Positions 49,354-57,867 of a stretch of 64,000 nt of DNA are shown piece after piece. This DNA is from Longimicrobiales bacterium. GTDB lineage: Bacteria; Gemmatimonadota; Gemmatimonadetes; Longimicrobiales; Gaopeijiaceae. Numbering within the stretch: the first letter of the stretch is position 1; every line of letters begins with the position of its first letter. Where the stretch lies: contig OZ250165.1 in assembly GCA_965238005.1 (NCBI GenBank), positions 2,176,001-2,240,000 of the forward strand, read 5' to 3'. Made by a program: the position numbers and the translations under genes. The notes under the pieces are model-generated. The model did no database searches, was not told the origin of the DNA, and saw nothing but the letters and a program-made list of their open reading frames with translations.

Positions 49354-50936
49354 CATCGTGCGGATCCCGGATCCTCTACGGCGTCGCAGCCACATGGGCG
49401 GCCCTCATGGTGGTCACGCATCCCCATGAGCTACCGGCCCAGGAGCCCAAGCGGCCGAACATCGAGGAGCTGGAGTTCGCCGAGCTGGAGTTCGTGCCGC
49501 CGGAGGCTCTGCAGTACACGCTGGAGTCCGGAGTCGACGTCTTCTTCCTGGAGGACCACGCCCTACCCCTCGTGTCCGTCTACGCCCGCTTCAAGGGCGG
49601 TTCGGGGCACTTCGCTCGGGACGAGCTCGGGGCCGCCACTGCGGTGCCCATCCTTCTCAGGTCGGGAGGCACCACCGACCTGTCGCCGGACTCCGTGGAC
49701 AAGCTTCTGGAGTTCTACGCCGCGGAGACGGCCTTTGGGGGCGGCGGCGGAACGTCGTTCGGCAGCGTCAACATGCTCACGCGGCATCTCGACGACGTGC
49801 TCGCCATCTGGGGAGAGCTCCTGAAGAACCCGGCCTTCGACCCCGCACCTGTGGAGGTATGGCGCGGCCAGCAGCTCGAAGACGTCAGGCGCAAACAGGA
49901 CACGCCCGGCCGCCTGGCCATCTCGAAGTTCAATCGCCTGCTCTTCGGAGACCACCCCGTGGGGTGGGAGTTGGGAGCGGAGGACCTGGAGCCGGAAGAC
50001 CTCACGACGGAGGCGCTGAAATCCGTCCACCGGAGGATCTACTGCCTCGACAACCTCACGCTGGGAGTCACCGGAGACGTTACGTGGGAGGAGATGCGGC
50101 CGAAGCTGGAGGCGAGGCTCGCCGGCTGGTCGTCCTGCAGCGCTCCGCTGAGCGAGCCCTCTCCATCGAACACGGTTGTCGAGCCCGGCGTCTACCTCGT
50201 ACCCAGGGAGCTCGAGCAGAGTACGGTCGTAATCGGACGGCCCAGCGGCGTCCGGCTCGCCGACGACCCGGAGTACTTCTCGTCGAGAATCGGAAACTCC
50301 ATCCTGGGCGCGTCGGGTCTCACGAGCCGTCTCGTGACGCGGGTCCGCACCAAGGAAGGTCTCGCATACTCGACCGCCTCGGTCTGGACCGCCCCGATGA
50401 GCTCGGTGGGGATCGTCGGCGCCATCACGCAGACGAAGAGCGAATCGACCGTGGCAGCTATCCACCTGATCCTCGACGTCCTCCGGGAGATGTCCACGGA
50501 TCCGCCGGACGACACCGAGGTAAAGGACGCCATCGACCGCATCGTGAACGGGTTCGTCTTTAACTTCCAGAGCTCGGGGCAGATCGTCTCCCGGCAGATG
50601 CTGTATGTCACTCAAGGCCTCCCCTTGGATTGGCTCGCGCGGTACTTGGACGGGATCCAGGGTGTGACGGCCGAGGGAGTCGAGACCGTGTTCCGGAAGC
50701 ACCTCCCACCCCACGAAATGGATGAGATGGTGATCCTGGTGGTCGGCGATCCCGACGGGTTCGACGCCGGGCTGGACGAGCTCGGGACCATCCGGATCGG
50801 CGATCTCGAGGAGGGCGTCTCGGGTGACGGCGACGCCTCGAGAGAGGGATCAGAGACGGACGCCGACGTGGATGGCGGCGATCCCGCCGGTCAGGAACCT
50901 CCACTCCACATCCCCGAACCCGGACTCGCGGAGTAG
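49350..50936 (+). CDS. M16-family peptidase (non-catalytic subunit)
   Basis: EDHALPLV, SRLVTRVRTKEGLAY; no HxxEH. Confidence 0.85.
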   Translation: MTSCGSRILYGVAATWAALMVVTHPHELPAQEPKRPNIEELEFAELEFVPPEALQYTLESGVDVFFLEDHALPLVSVYARFKGGSGHFARDELGAATAVPILLRSGGTTDLSPDSVDKLLEFYAAETAFGGGGGTSFGSVNMLTRHLDDVLAIWGELLKNPAFDPAPVEVWRGQQLEDVRRKQDTPGRLAISKFNRLLFGDHPVGWELGAEDLEPEDLTTEALKSVHRRIYCLDNLTLGVTGDVTWEEMRPKLEARLAGWSSCSAPLSEPSPSNTVVEPGVYLVPRELEQSTVVIGRPSGVRLADDPEYFSSRIGNSILGASGLTSRLVTRVRTKEGLAYSTASVWTAPMSSVGIVGAITQTKSESTVAAIHLILDVLREMSTDPPDDTEVKDAIDRIVNGFVFNFQSSGQIVSRQMLYVTQGLPLDWLARYLDGIQGVTAEGVETVFRKHLPPHEMDEMVILVVGDPDGFDAGLDELGTIRIGDLEEGVSGDGDASREGSETDADVDGGDPAGQEPPLHIPEPGLAE

Positions 50937-51578
50937 GGCGGCGAGCTCATCGGGCCCAGGAAACTCCTTCACGGACTCGGGGAGATACGTGTAGGCCCAT
51001 GGGTGACCCGAGACCACACGCCCCACCACCGGTAGAATCCTGCAAAAGTAGAAGTGGTACAGGCCACGCAGGAGCGGGTTCGGTGGGTCGGTGAACTCCA
51101 AGATCACGAGGCGGGCGCCCGGGCGCAGGACCCGGGCCAGATCACCGAAGCCGACCCGCAGGTCCGAGAGGTTTCGGACACCGAAGCCGACGGTCCCACC
51201 GTCGAAGGAGGCATCCGGGAAGGGTAGTCGGAGCGAGTCGCCGCACACAGGCTGCACCGAGTAACCGAGCTTGCCACGACCCTCTACAAGCATGGGGAAC
51301 GCGAAGTCGGTCGCGACGACGGCACCACGGAAGCCCGGCTGACGGGCCAGCTCGAGGCTCAGATCGAAAGTCCCGGCGCAGGCATCCAGGAACCGTCCGT
51401 CCGAGTGACCCTCCCAACCGAGGAGCTCTACGGCCTGCCGCCTCCAACGTCGATCGATGTTGAGGCTGAGGACATGGTTCAGGAGATCGTAGCGCGGTGC
51501 GATCTCGGAGAAGAGAGTCCGGACCTGGTTTGCTCTGCCCGCGCCGCGAGACGGCCTGGCTTCGGGGATTGTCGCCAT
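50850..51578 (-). CDS. ubiE: Ubiquinone/menaquinone biosynthesis methyltransferase
   Basis: FSEIAPRYDLLNHVLS, DACAGT, FGVRN, YTYLPES. Confidence 0.9.
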   Translation of the reverse strand: MATIPEARPSRGAGRANQVRTLFSEIAPRYDLLNHVLSLNIDRRWRRQAVELLGWEGHSDGRFLDACAGTFDLSLELARQPGFRGAVVATDFAFPMLVEGRGKLGYSVQPVCGDSLRLPFPDASFDGGTVGFGVRNLSDLRVGFGDLARVLRPGARLVILEFTDPPNPLLRGLYHFYFCRILPVVGRVVSGHPWAYTYLPESVKEFPGPDELAALLRESGFGDVEWRFLTGGIAAIHVGVRL

Positions 51579-51659
51579 CTAATCGGCGTTTTTATTAGTT
51601 TTTTTTGACCCAACGGACAGAATAGGCGGGTCGGTACGAGTTGGTCAGCCGCGTACCCG

Positions 51660-51686
51660 GGAAACATCCGAAGTTTCCCAACCGTA
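51660..51686 (+). promoter_or_regulatory. ECF (SigW-like) promoter upstream of the sigma gene
   Basis: GGAAAC-17 bp-CGTA. Confidence 0.55.
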
Positions 51687-51751
51687 ACACGGCTGCGAAC
51701 TCACGGGGCGCCGTCGTCTCACCGGACCCACGCTTTTCGGAGCCTCATTAC

Positions 51752-52342
51752 TTGGATTTCCCGGCCCAGACCGACAAAGATCTAGCGGCCCTGGCGGCCG
51801 ACGGGCGGGAGGAGGCCTACGGCGAGCTGCTCAAGCGCTACGAACGGCCGATCTTCTCGCTCATCTATCGGATGGTCCGTGACCGATCTCTGGCCGAGGA
51901 TCTGGCCCAGGAGGCGTTCATACGGGCGTTCAACGCCATCTCCTCGTACGATCCGCGCTACAAGTTCAGCAGCTGGATCTTCAAGATCGCCAACAACCAC
52001 ACCATCGATCACCTGCGAAAGCGGAAGCTCGATACCGTCTCCATCCACGGCTCTCCACACGCCCGCACGGCGCGTGAGGAGGAGCAGACCAGCCTCGTTG
52101 TGGAAGCCACCGACGAGAACCCGCACGAATACGTGGAGCATCGCGAGCTCGGCCACCAGATCGAGCAGGCCATCGGGGAGCTCCGGCCGGAATATCGGAC
52201 CGCCATCCTGCTCCGGCACGTGGAGGGGTACGCTTACGACGAAATTGCCAAAATCATGGAGCTACCGCTGGGTACCGTGAAGACGTACTTACACCGCGCC
52301 CGCAGCGAGCTGAAGGTCCTCTTCGCACACCTCGCCTCATGA
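51752..52342 (+). CDS. ECF RNA polymerase sigma factor (SigW/RpoE-like)
   Basis: AEDLAQEAF, FSSWIFKIANN, YDEIAKIMELPLGTVKTYLHRAR; start approximate. Confidence 0.93.
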   Translation: MDFPAQTDKDLAALAADGREEAYGELLKRYERPIFSLIYRMVRDRSLAEDLAQEAFIRAFNAISSYDPRYKFSSWIFKIANNHTIDHLRKRKLDTVSIHGSPHARTAREEEQTSLVVEATDENPHEYVEHRELGHQIEQAIGELRPEYRTAILLRHVEGYAYDEIAKIMELPLGTVKTYLHRARSELKVLFAHLAS

Positions 52343-52353
52343 GGGCTTTTTCA

Positions 52354-52380
52354 TGAAACTTTCGGGAAGTGCACCCCGTA
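52354..52380 (+). promoter_or_regulatory. ECF (SigW-like) promoter upstream of the anti-sigma gene
   Basis: TGAAAC-17 bp-CGTA. Confidence 0.6.
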
Positions 52381-52414
52381 GGGTCGATTAGGAAAAACGA
52401 CAGGAGTCGATGAA

Positions 52415-53389
52415 GTGGCAAAGAAGGACGGAGACATGCATCTGACCGCCGAGCGGATTCAGGCGTTTCTGGACGACGCTCTCCCGGAAGGGGAGAGGGT
52501 CCAAGTCGAGGAGCATGCTACGTTCTGTGCGCGCTGTCAGGCCGAGCTGGACGCCTGGCAGCTTCTATATTCCGAGTTGAGCAAGCTGCCGGAGCTGGAG
52601 CCCTCTGAAGGCTTTGCGCGCCGTGTGTTGGCCGAGCTGGACGTCTCGCCAGTACCGAAGCTGGATGTATTGACGGGACCCGAGGCCTCGGAGGCCCGCA
52701 AGTTCGGGTGGCTGCGTCGTCGAACGGCGGGGCTTGTGGAGCACCTCAGCCCCGAGCGCCTGCAAGACTACGTGGAAGGCATCCTTCCCCGGCCGCAGAT
52801 GGCCAGGGTCGAGGCCCATCTCGACGGATGTGGCGCCTGCAGCAGCGAGGCGGCCGCCTGGAGAGAGTTGGTCCAAGGGATCAAGACCCTGCCCGAGCTG
52901 GCTCCGTCCGCAGGGTTCGCGCGGCGGGTCATGGCGCAAGTCCGTATCGGGCGCCTGGTCCGTGAGCCAGTGGCCATCTCGACCCACAGCCGCGTCCTGG
53001 CATGGGCCGGACGCCTGTTCCCACGTACCCAGAAGGCCTGGGCGGTCATCTCCGGTGTGGCGGTCACGCCGGCCACCGTCATGGCCCTCCTGGTCTACGC
53101 GGTCTTCTCGAACCCGGCAGTCACACCGGCATACCTGGCGTCCTTCCTCTGGTGGAAGGTCAGCGGTGGAGTCTCCGCCATCGCCGGTGTCCTGGCGGAT
53201 ACGTTGTTTGAAAGCGCCATCATTTTCCAAGCCTATTCAGCCCTGGAGGCCTTAGCCGGTGCGCCTGCGCTGGCGGCCATGGTCGCCGTGTCTCTCGCCG
53301 CGGCGACGAGCCTGTCTGGATGGGTCCTGTATCGGACCCTAGGCCCCACCCAGACGGTGGATGGTCAGTATGCCAGAGCATCGATTTAG
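52415..53389 (+). CDS. Membrane anti-sigma factor with two zf-HC2 domains
   Basis: HATFCARC and HLDGCGAC (HxxxCxxC twice), C-terminal TM helices. Confidence 0.85.
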   Translation: MAKKDGDMHLTAERIQAFLDDALPEGERVQVEEHATFCARCQAELDAWQLLYSELSKLPELEPSEGFARRVLAELDVSPVPKLDVLTGPEASEARKFGWLRRRTAGLVEHLSPERLQDYVEGILPRPQMARVEAHLDGCGACSSEAAAWRELVQGIKTLPELAPSAGFARRVMAQVRIGRLVREPVAISTHSRVLAWAGRLFPRTQKAWAVISGVAVTPATVMALLVYAVFSNPAVTPAYLASFLWWKVSGGVSAIAGVLADTLFESAIIFQAYSALEALAGAPALAAMVAVSLAAATSLSGWVLYRTLGPTQTVDGQYARASI

Positions 53390-55043
53390 CCTCAACCGGC
53401 CTCTCGTGCCGGTCCTTCTCGTCGCGTTCCTGCCCGTCGCGGTGACGGGACAGGTGCGTGAGGTCGTGTCCAACCAGCTCGCGATCTCGCAGCGCGAGGC
53501 GGGCCTGGTCCTCGAGTTCGTCGACGACGGCGTGCTGGAGATCTCGCTGCGCGACGGGGTAGTGATGGTGGACGACGAGGTCGTGGGAGGCTTCGACCGG
53601 GGCGACGCCCTGGACACGGCTTGGCGACTGCTCCTCGGCGAGATCGTCAACCTCTCGGACGGGCCCCTGGGCCAGGTTCTGCAGGAATGGGCTCCGCCTT
53701 CGTCCCTCTCGGGAGATGCCATGGAGGCGGCCCGGCTCCTGGACGAGTCCCTGGAGCAGGCGTTGCGTCCGCTGGAGACGAGTGCACAGGCCGACCCGGA
53801 AGCGGAGATCGATCTCAACATTTCGGCGGACCTGGGATTCGGTCTCCGGGCGCTCCTCAGCCGCACGGAGATCCTGGGTGAGCTCGGACGGGCCATCGAT
53901 GTGCTGACCTCCGCCATCTACGTCGGAGAGGATGTGGTGGTCGCCGAGGACGAGACCATCGAGGGGACCATCGTCGTCGTAGACGGCGATCTCACGGTGG
54001 ACGGAACCATCCAGGATGACGTCGTCATCGTCGAGGGCTCCATCACGGTCAACGACGGAGGGGATGTCCACGGCAACATCCGGCTGGTGGATTCGCGCTA
54101 CTTCGGGGTCGACGAGTCGTACCTCGGGGGACGGGTGATCCGCGTCGACTCCGAGGACACAGACAGCGGGCCGTCGGTGGACTTGGAGGATCTCGAGGAC
54201 CGGATCCGAGACGAGATACGGAGCGAGCTCCGTAGCGAGTTCCGGAATAGCGGGAGGAGCCTCTCACCCTTCCGCGCGGTGGGACGGGGGATCGCCGACG
54301 TCATCGGCGACCTGATCTCCTTCCTCATCGTCTCCCTCATCGCCCTGAGCGTGGTCTACTTCGCCAAGGACAACCTCGAGGTGGTGGCCGACACCGCCCG
54401 GCGGAACCCCATGCGCGCAGGGCTGGTGGGGATAGCTGGTGCCTTCCTGGTCCTTCCGACCTGGCTGCTGGGCTGTGTGGCTCTGGTAGTCTCGGTCGTG
54501 GGCATCATCGCCCTGCCCTTCTGGCTGATCCTCTTCCCCGTCGCGGTGGCTCTGGGAGCCGGGCTGGGGTACCTGGCCGCGGCCAGAAACATCGGTGAAT
54601 GGGTGGCCGCCAAGGACATAAATGGTCTGGAGTGGCTGCAGCCCACCAACACCCTCTATGCGGTGGTCACCGGCGTGGGCGCGATTCTGGCCTTCTCCGT
54701 GGCCGCCAGCGTGCTGGACATCGTGCCGTTCTTCGGCTTCTTCAGTGGGCTGCTGGCCGCACTGGGATCCATGCTCGCCATTGCGGCATTGCTCGTCGGA
54801 TTCGGTGCAGTGCTACTGACGCGAGGTGGTCGCCAGGCCGAGTTCTACGACGGTGGTGACCCTTTCGACGACGAGCCGGCCTGGGAGCAAGACGGGTTCT
54901 CTGACGATGTGATCGAGGCCGAAGAGGTCGACGAAGAGCCCGAGGCTGAGGTGGACAGTGAGGACCTGGCAGAGGCCACTGCCGACGTGGCCGAGGAAGA
55001 CTCAGACGAGGTGGGGGAGAACCGGGATGCGGACGATGAATAG
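53370..55043 (+). CDS. Membrane protein with a bactofilin-like beta-helix region and acidic tail
   Basis: Signal peptide, repeats VDGDLTVDGTIQDDVVIVEGSITV..GDVHGNI, several TM helices, D/E-rich C-terminus. Confidence 0.7.
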   Translation: MPEHRFSLNRPLVPVLLVAFLPVAVTGQVREVVSNQLAISQREAGLVLEFVDDGVLEISLRDGVVMVDDEVVGGFDRGDALDTAWRLLLGEIVNLSDGPLGQVLQEWAPPSSLSGDAMEAARLLDESLEQALRPLETSAQADPEAEIDLNISADLGFGLRALLSRTEILGELGRAIDVLTSAIYVGEDVVVAEDETIEGTIVVVDGDLTVDGTIQDDVVIVEGSITVNDGGDVHGNIRLVDSRYFGVDESYLGGRVIRVDSEDTDSGPSVDLEDLEDRIRDEIRSELRSEFRNSGRSLSPFRAVGRGIADVIGDLISFLIVSLIALSVVYFAKDNLEVVADTARRNPMRAGLVGIAGAFLVLPTWLLGCVALVVSVVGIIALPFWLILFPVAVALGAGLGYLAAARNIGEWVAAKDINGLEWLQPTNTLYAVVTGVGAILAFSVAASVLDIVPFFGFFSGLLAALGSMLAIAALLVGFGAVLLTRGGRQAEFYDGGDPFDDEPAWEQDGFSDDVIEAEEVDEEPEAEVDSEDLAEATADVAEEDSDEVGENRDADDE

Positions 55044-55881
55044 ACAAGTGACGAGACTTCCGCTGGCCCTGCTGCTGATCGGGGTCGGTGCAGAGCGTGC
55101 GTACGGCCAGGACTGGCGCACCGTCACCATGTCACGACAGATCGAGGACGGGCAGCCCGTGGACGTGGAGGTGCGGTACGGAGCCGGCCAACTCAGCGTT
55201 GGTCCGGCCGAGACCGGGATCCTCTACCGGATGCAGCTCCGATACGATGAAAAGGTCTTCGAGCCGGTGGCCGAGCGTCGTGGCTCCACCCTCCGCCTCG
55301 GCACCGAGAGCATCGGACGGAGCTTCAGGATCGGTAGGAACCGAACGGGTGGCGAGATGGAGCTCGAGCTGGCTCGGGACATTGCCATGGACCTGAGCAT
55401 GGAGTTCGGAGCCGTGAAGGCGGACATCGATCTGGGCGGTCTGCGTCTCACGGGACTGGACATCGAGACCGGCGCCTCTCAGACACAGCTGGTGGTGTCA
55501 GAGCCCAATCAGGAGACCATGGACGAGGCGAGCCTCGAGGTGGGCGCCGCCGAGTTCACGGCCCGTCAGTTGGGCAACCTGAACGCAAGCCGCATCGAGG
55601 TCGACGCCGGCCTCGGTGACATCGATCTCGACTTCACCGGCGAGTGGCAGAGAGACGCACGAGTCTCCGTGGACATGGGACTCGGCGCCCTGACTCTGCG
55701 CTTCCCGAATGGACTCGGGGTGAGGCTCGTGAAAGACACCTTCCTGACGTCCCTGGATTCTGAGGGGCTCGTCAAGCGCGGCGATGCGTATTATTCGTTG
55801 GACTACGACGAGGCGGACTATCAGGTCACGGTAGACGTCGACGCCGCGTTCGGTAGCATCCGTGTCCTCTGGGTGCGCTGA
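55036..55881 (+). CDS. Exported beta-solenoid protein (LiaF/DUF2154/toast-rack-like)
   Basis: Signal peptide; repeated GAG/GAV/GAS/GAA/GLG beta motifs; ends AFGSIRV. Confidence 0.6.
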   Translation: MNRQVTRLPLALLLIGVGAERAYGQDWRTVTMSRQIEDGQPVDVEVRYGAGQLSVGPAETGILYRMQLRYDEKVFEPVAERRGSTLRLGTESIGRSFRIGRNRTGGEMELELARDIAMDLSMEFGAVKADIDLGGLRLTGLDIETGASQTQLVVSEPNQETMDEASLEVGAAEFTARQLGNLNASRIEVDAGLGDIDLDFTGEWQRDARVSVDMGLGALTLRFPNGLGVRLVKDTFLTSLDSEGLVKRGDAYYSLDYDEADYQVTVDVDAAFGSIRVLWVR

Positions 55882-55900
55882 TTAGGATTAGGAGACAGAG

Positions 55901-56134
55901 ATGATCGGTACACTGCTGACCTTCTTCGCCGTCGGACTGGTCACCCTGGTCGTCGCCGGGATCGCGCTGTCGATCTTGGGGACGGTCCTGTCGCTGGGGC
56001 TCGGCCTCGCCGCCTTCCTGCTCTTCAAGGTGGCGCCCATCCTTCTCGTCGGGTGGGTGGTGCTCAAGGTCATCGACAAGCGGAGGGGTGGCAGCCTCTC
56101 GGCCGCCGACCGTCGCTGGCTGGAAGGCGAGTAG
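55901..56134 (+). CDS. Small membrane protein
   Basis: AGGAG RBS, hydrophobic helices, C-terminal LSAADRRWLE. Confidence 0.7.
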   Translation: MIGTLLTFFAVGLVTLVVAGIALSILGTVLSLGLGLAAFLLFKVAPILLVGWVVLKVIDKRRGGSLSAADRRWLEGE

Positions 56135-56183
56135 CGAGCCTGCGAGGACTTTAGTGAGAGTATCCAGGGTGGGCCGAGCGCTG

Positions 56184-57296
56184 CTACGCCCGCACGGTGG
56201 CCGTCAGCGCCTCTAGCACGACTTTGGCGATCCCCTTGAGGGCCTGCCCTGCAGCCGAATCGGGAGCGGAAACCACCGTCGGGATGCCCTCGTCCCCGGC
56301 CGCCCGAACCGTCGGATCCAGGGGGACCCGGCCCAGGACGGGTAGATTCATCTCTTCGGCCAGGCGCTCGCCCCCCCCGCTCCCGAAGACGTCGATCTCC
56401 TCTCCGCAGTGGGGGCATACGAGTGCAACCATGTTCTCGACGATCCCTAGAATGCGCGTGTTCACGCGCTCGAACATCTTTATGCCCCTTCGGACGTCAC
56501 CGGTGGACACGTCCTGTGGCGTGCTCACCATCACCACACCGGCGATGTCGATGGACTGGACCAGCGACAGCTGAGCGTCACCGGTTCCCGGCGGCATGTC
56601 CACGACCATCACGTCCAAAGCCCCCCAGCTCACCTGCTCGAGGAACTGCTTGAGTATCCCGGAGACGAGGGGGCCCCGCATGATGGCTGGTTGTTCCTTC
56701 TCCAGCAGGAATCCGAGGCTCATGAGGCGCACACCGTGGGCCTCCAGAGGCTCGATCATCTCCTGACCCTTGCCTCCGGTCACCGCCGGACGGCGGTCCT
56801 CACCGAACATGAGGGGGATGTTGGGCCCGTAGATATCCGCGTCCAGAAGTCCGACGGACCGTCCCGCGGCGGCCAGGGCCGCCGCCAGGTTCGTCGCCAC
56901 CATGGACTTGCCCACACCACCCTTGCCCGAGCTCACCGCGACGACGTGGGCCACCTCGGAGAGGATCCCGGGCTTGGGCGTCGGCGCGGGTACCGACCCC
57001 GGCTGGAGGCCGCCGGAAGGTGGTCCCCCTCTTGGGGCCTGACCCGTGGTCTGAGGCAGTTTGACGTTGATCTTCACACTGCCGACGCTCTTCACGGCCT
57101 CCACCGCCCCCCTCGCCTCGCGAACAAGATCCCCGGGATCGTCACCTTGGAGGACGAAGGAAAAGCGCACGTCGCCACCGTCCGCCACCTCCAAGGACTG
57201 GACGTGTCCACTCTCTATGATGTCACGGCCGGTGGTGGGATGGCGTACGGCGGCCAAGGCCTGGAGCACGGTCATCCGGAGGTCGTCGTCGCCCAT
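56184..57296 (-). CDS. mrp: Mrp/ApbC iron-sulfur cluster carrier ATPase
   Basis: SGKGGVGKS, DADIYGP, DMPPGTGD, CPHC. Confidence 0.93.
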   Translation of the reverse strand: MGDDDLRMTVLQALAAVRHPTTGRDIIESGHVQSLEVADGGDVRFSFVLQGDDPGDLVREARGAVEAVKSVGSVKINVKLPQTTGQAPRGGPPSGGLQPGSVPAPTPKPGILSEVAHVVAVSSGKGGVGKSMVATNLAAALAAAGRSVGLLDADIYGPNIPLMFGEDRRPAVTGGKGQEMIEPLEAHGVRLMSLGFLLEKEQPAIMRGPLVSGILKQFLEQVSWGALDVMVVDMPPGTGDAQLSLVQSIDIAGVVMVSTPQDVSTGDVRRGIKMFERVNTRILGIVENMVALVCPHCGEEIDVFGSGGGERLAEEMNLPVLGRVPLDPTVRAAGDEGIPTVVSAPDSAAGQALKGIAKVVLEALTATVRA

Positions 57297-57358
57297 TTTC
57301 GCTCCCGAACGGTACACAGGGCATGCCCGCTCATGGCCATGAGCGGTCTCACGACCCC

Positions 57359-57403
57359 AAAAAAAGGGGCGCCCCCGGGGTCTCCGGGACGCCGGCACGG
57401 GGT
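57359..57403 (-). terminator. Intrinsic terminator-like element between nifU and mrp
   Basis: GC-rich stem followed by T7 on the minus strand. Confidence 0.5.
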
Positions 57404-57437
57404 CTTGGCCAATGCTGGTCCTGCCCGTTTCTTCGCT

Positions 57438-57674
57438 TTAGACTGCCTGGACCTCGGTCACACCCGGGACGCTGCTCTTGAGGCGACGCTCGATCCCCTC
57501 TTTCAGAGTCATCAGGGAGATGGGACAGGCCTCGCAGGCCCCCAAGAGACGCAACTCCACAACACCATCCACCTCGTCGAAGCCCAGGAACTCCAGATCC
57601 CCGCCATCCGCCCATAGTGCCGGACGGATCGACTCCAGGACTTCCTCGATTCTTGCTTCCGTCGTCTTCGGCAT
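57438..57674 (-). CDS. NifU/NfuA C-terminal domain protein
   Basis: IRPALWADGGD, GACEACP, LKEGIE. Confidence 0.9.
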   Translation of the reverse strand: MPKTTEARIEEVLESIRPALWADGGDLEFLGFDEVDGVVELRLLGACEACPISLMTLKEGIERRLKSSVPGVTEVQAV

Positions 57675-57867
57675 GCGATTGCGTCCCGTGCCACGCTGCC
57701 TCGAACCGAGAAAACCTACGAATATTTCATTGCATGAGTCAACATGACCGTTGTTATATTCCAACGAGGTTGCGTTAACAGGGTTGAAAACGGAGATTCA
57801 CAAACATATGTTTTCATCGTTTGCCGGGTCCAGAGGCAGACCCTGGGGACAACTGCGACGAGGCTGA

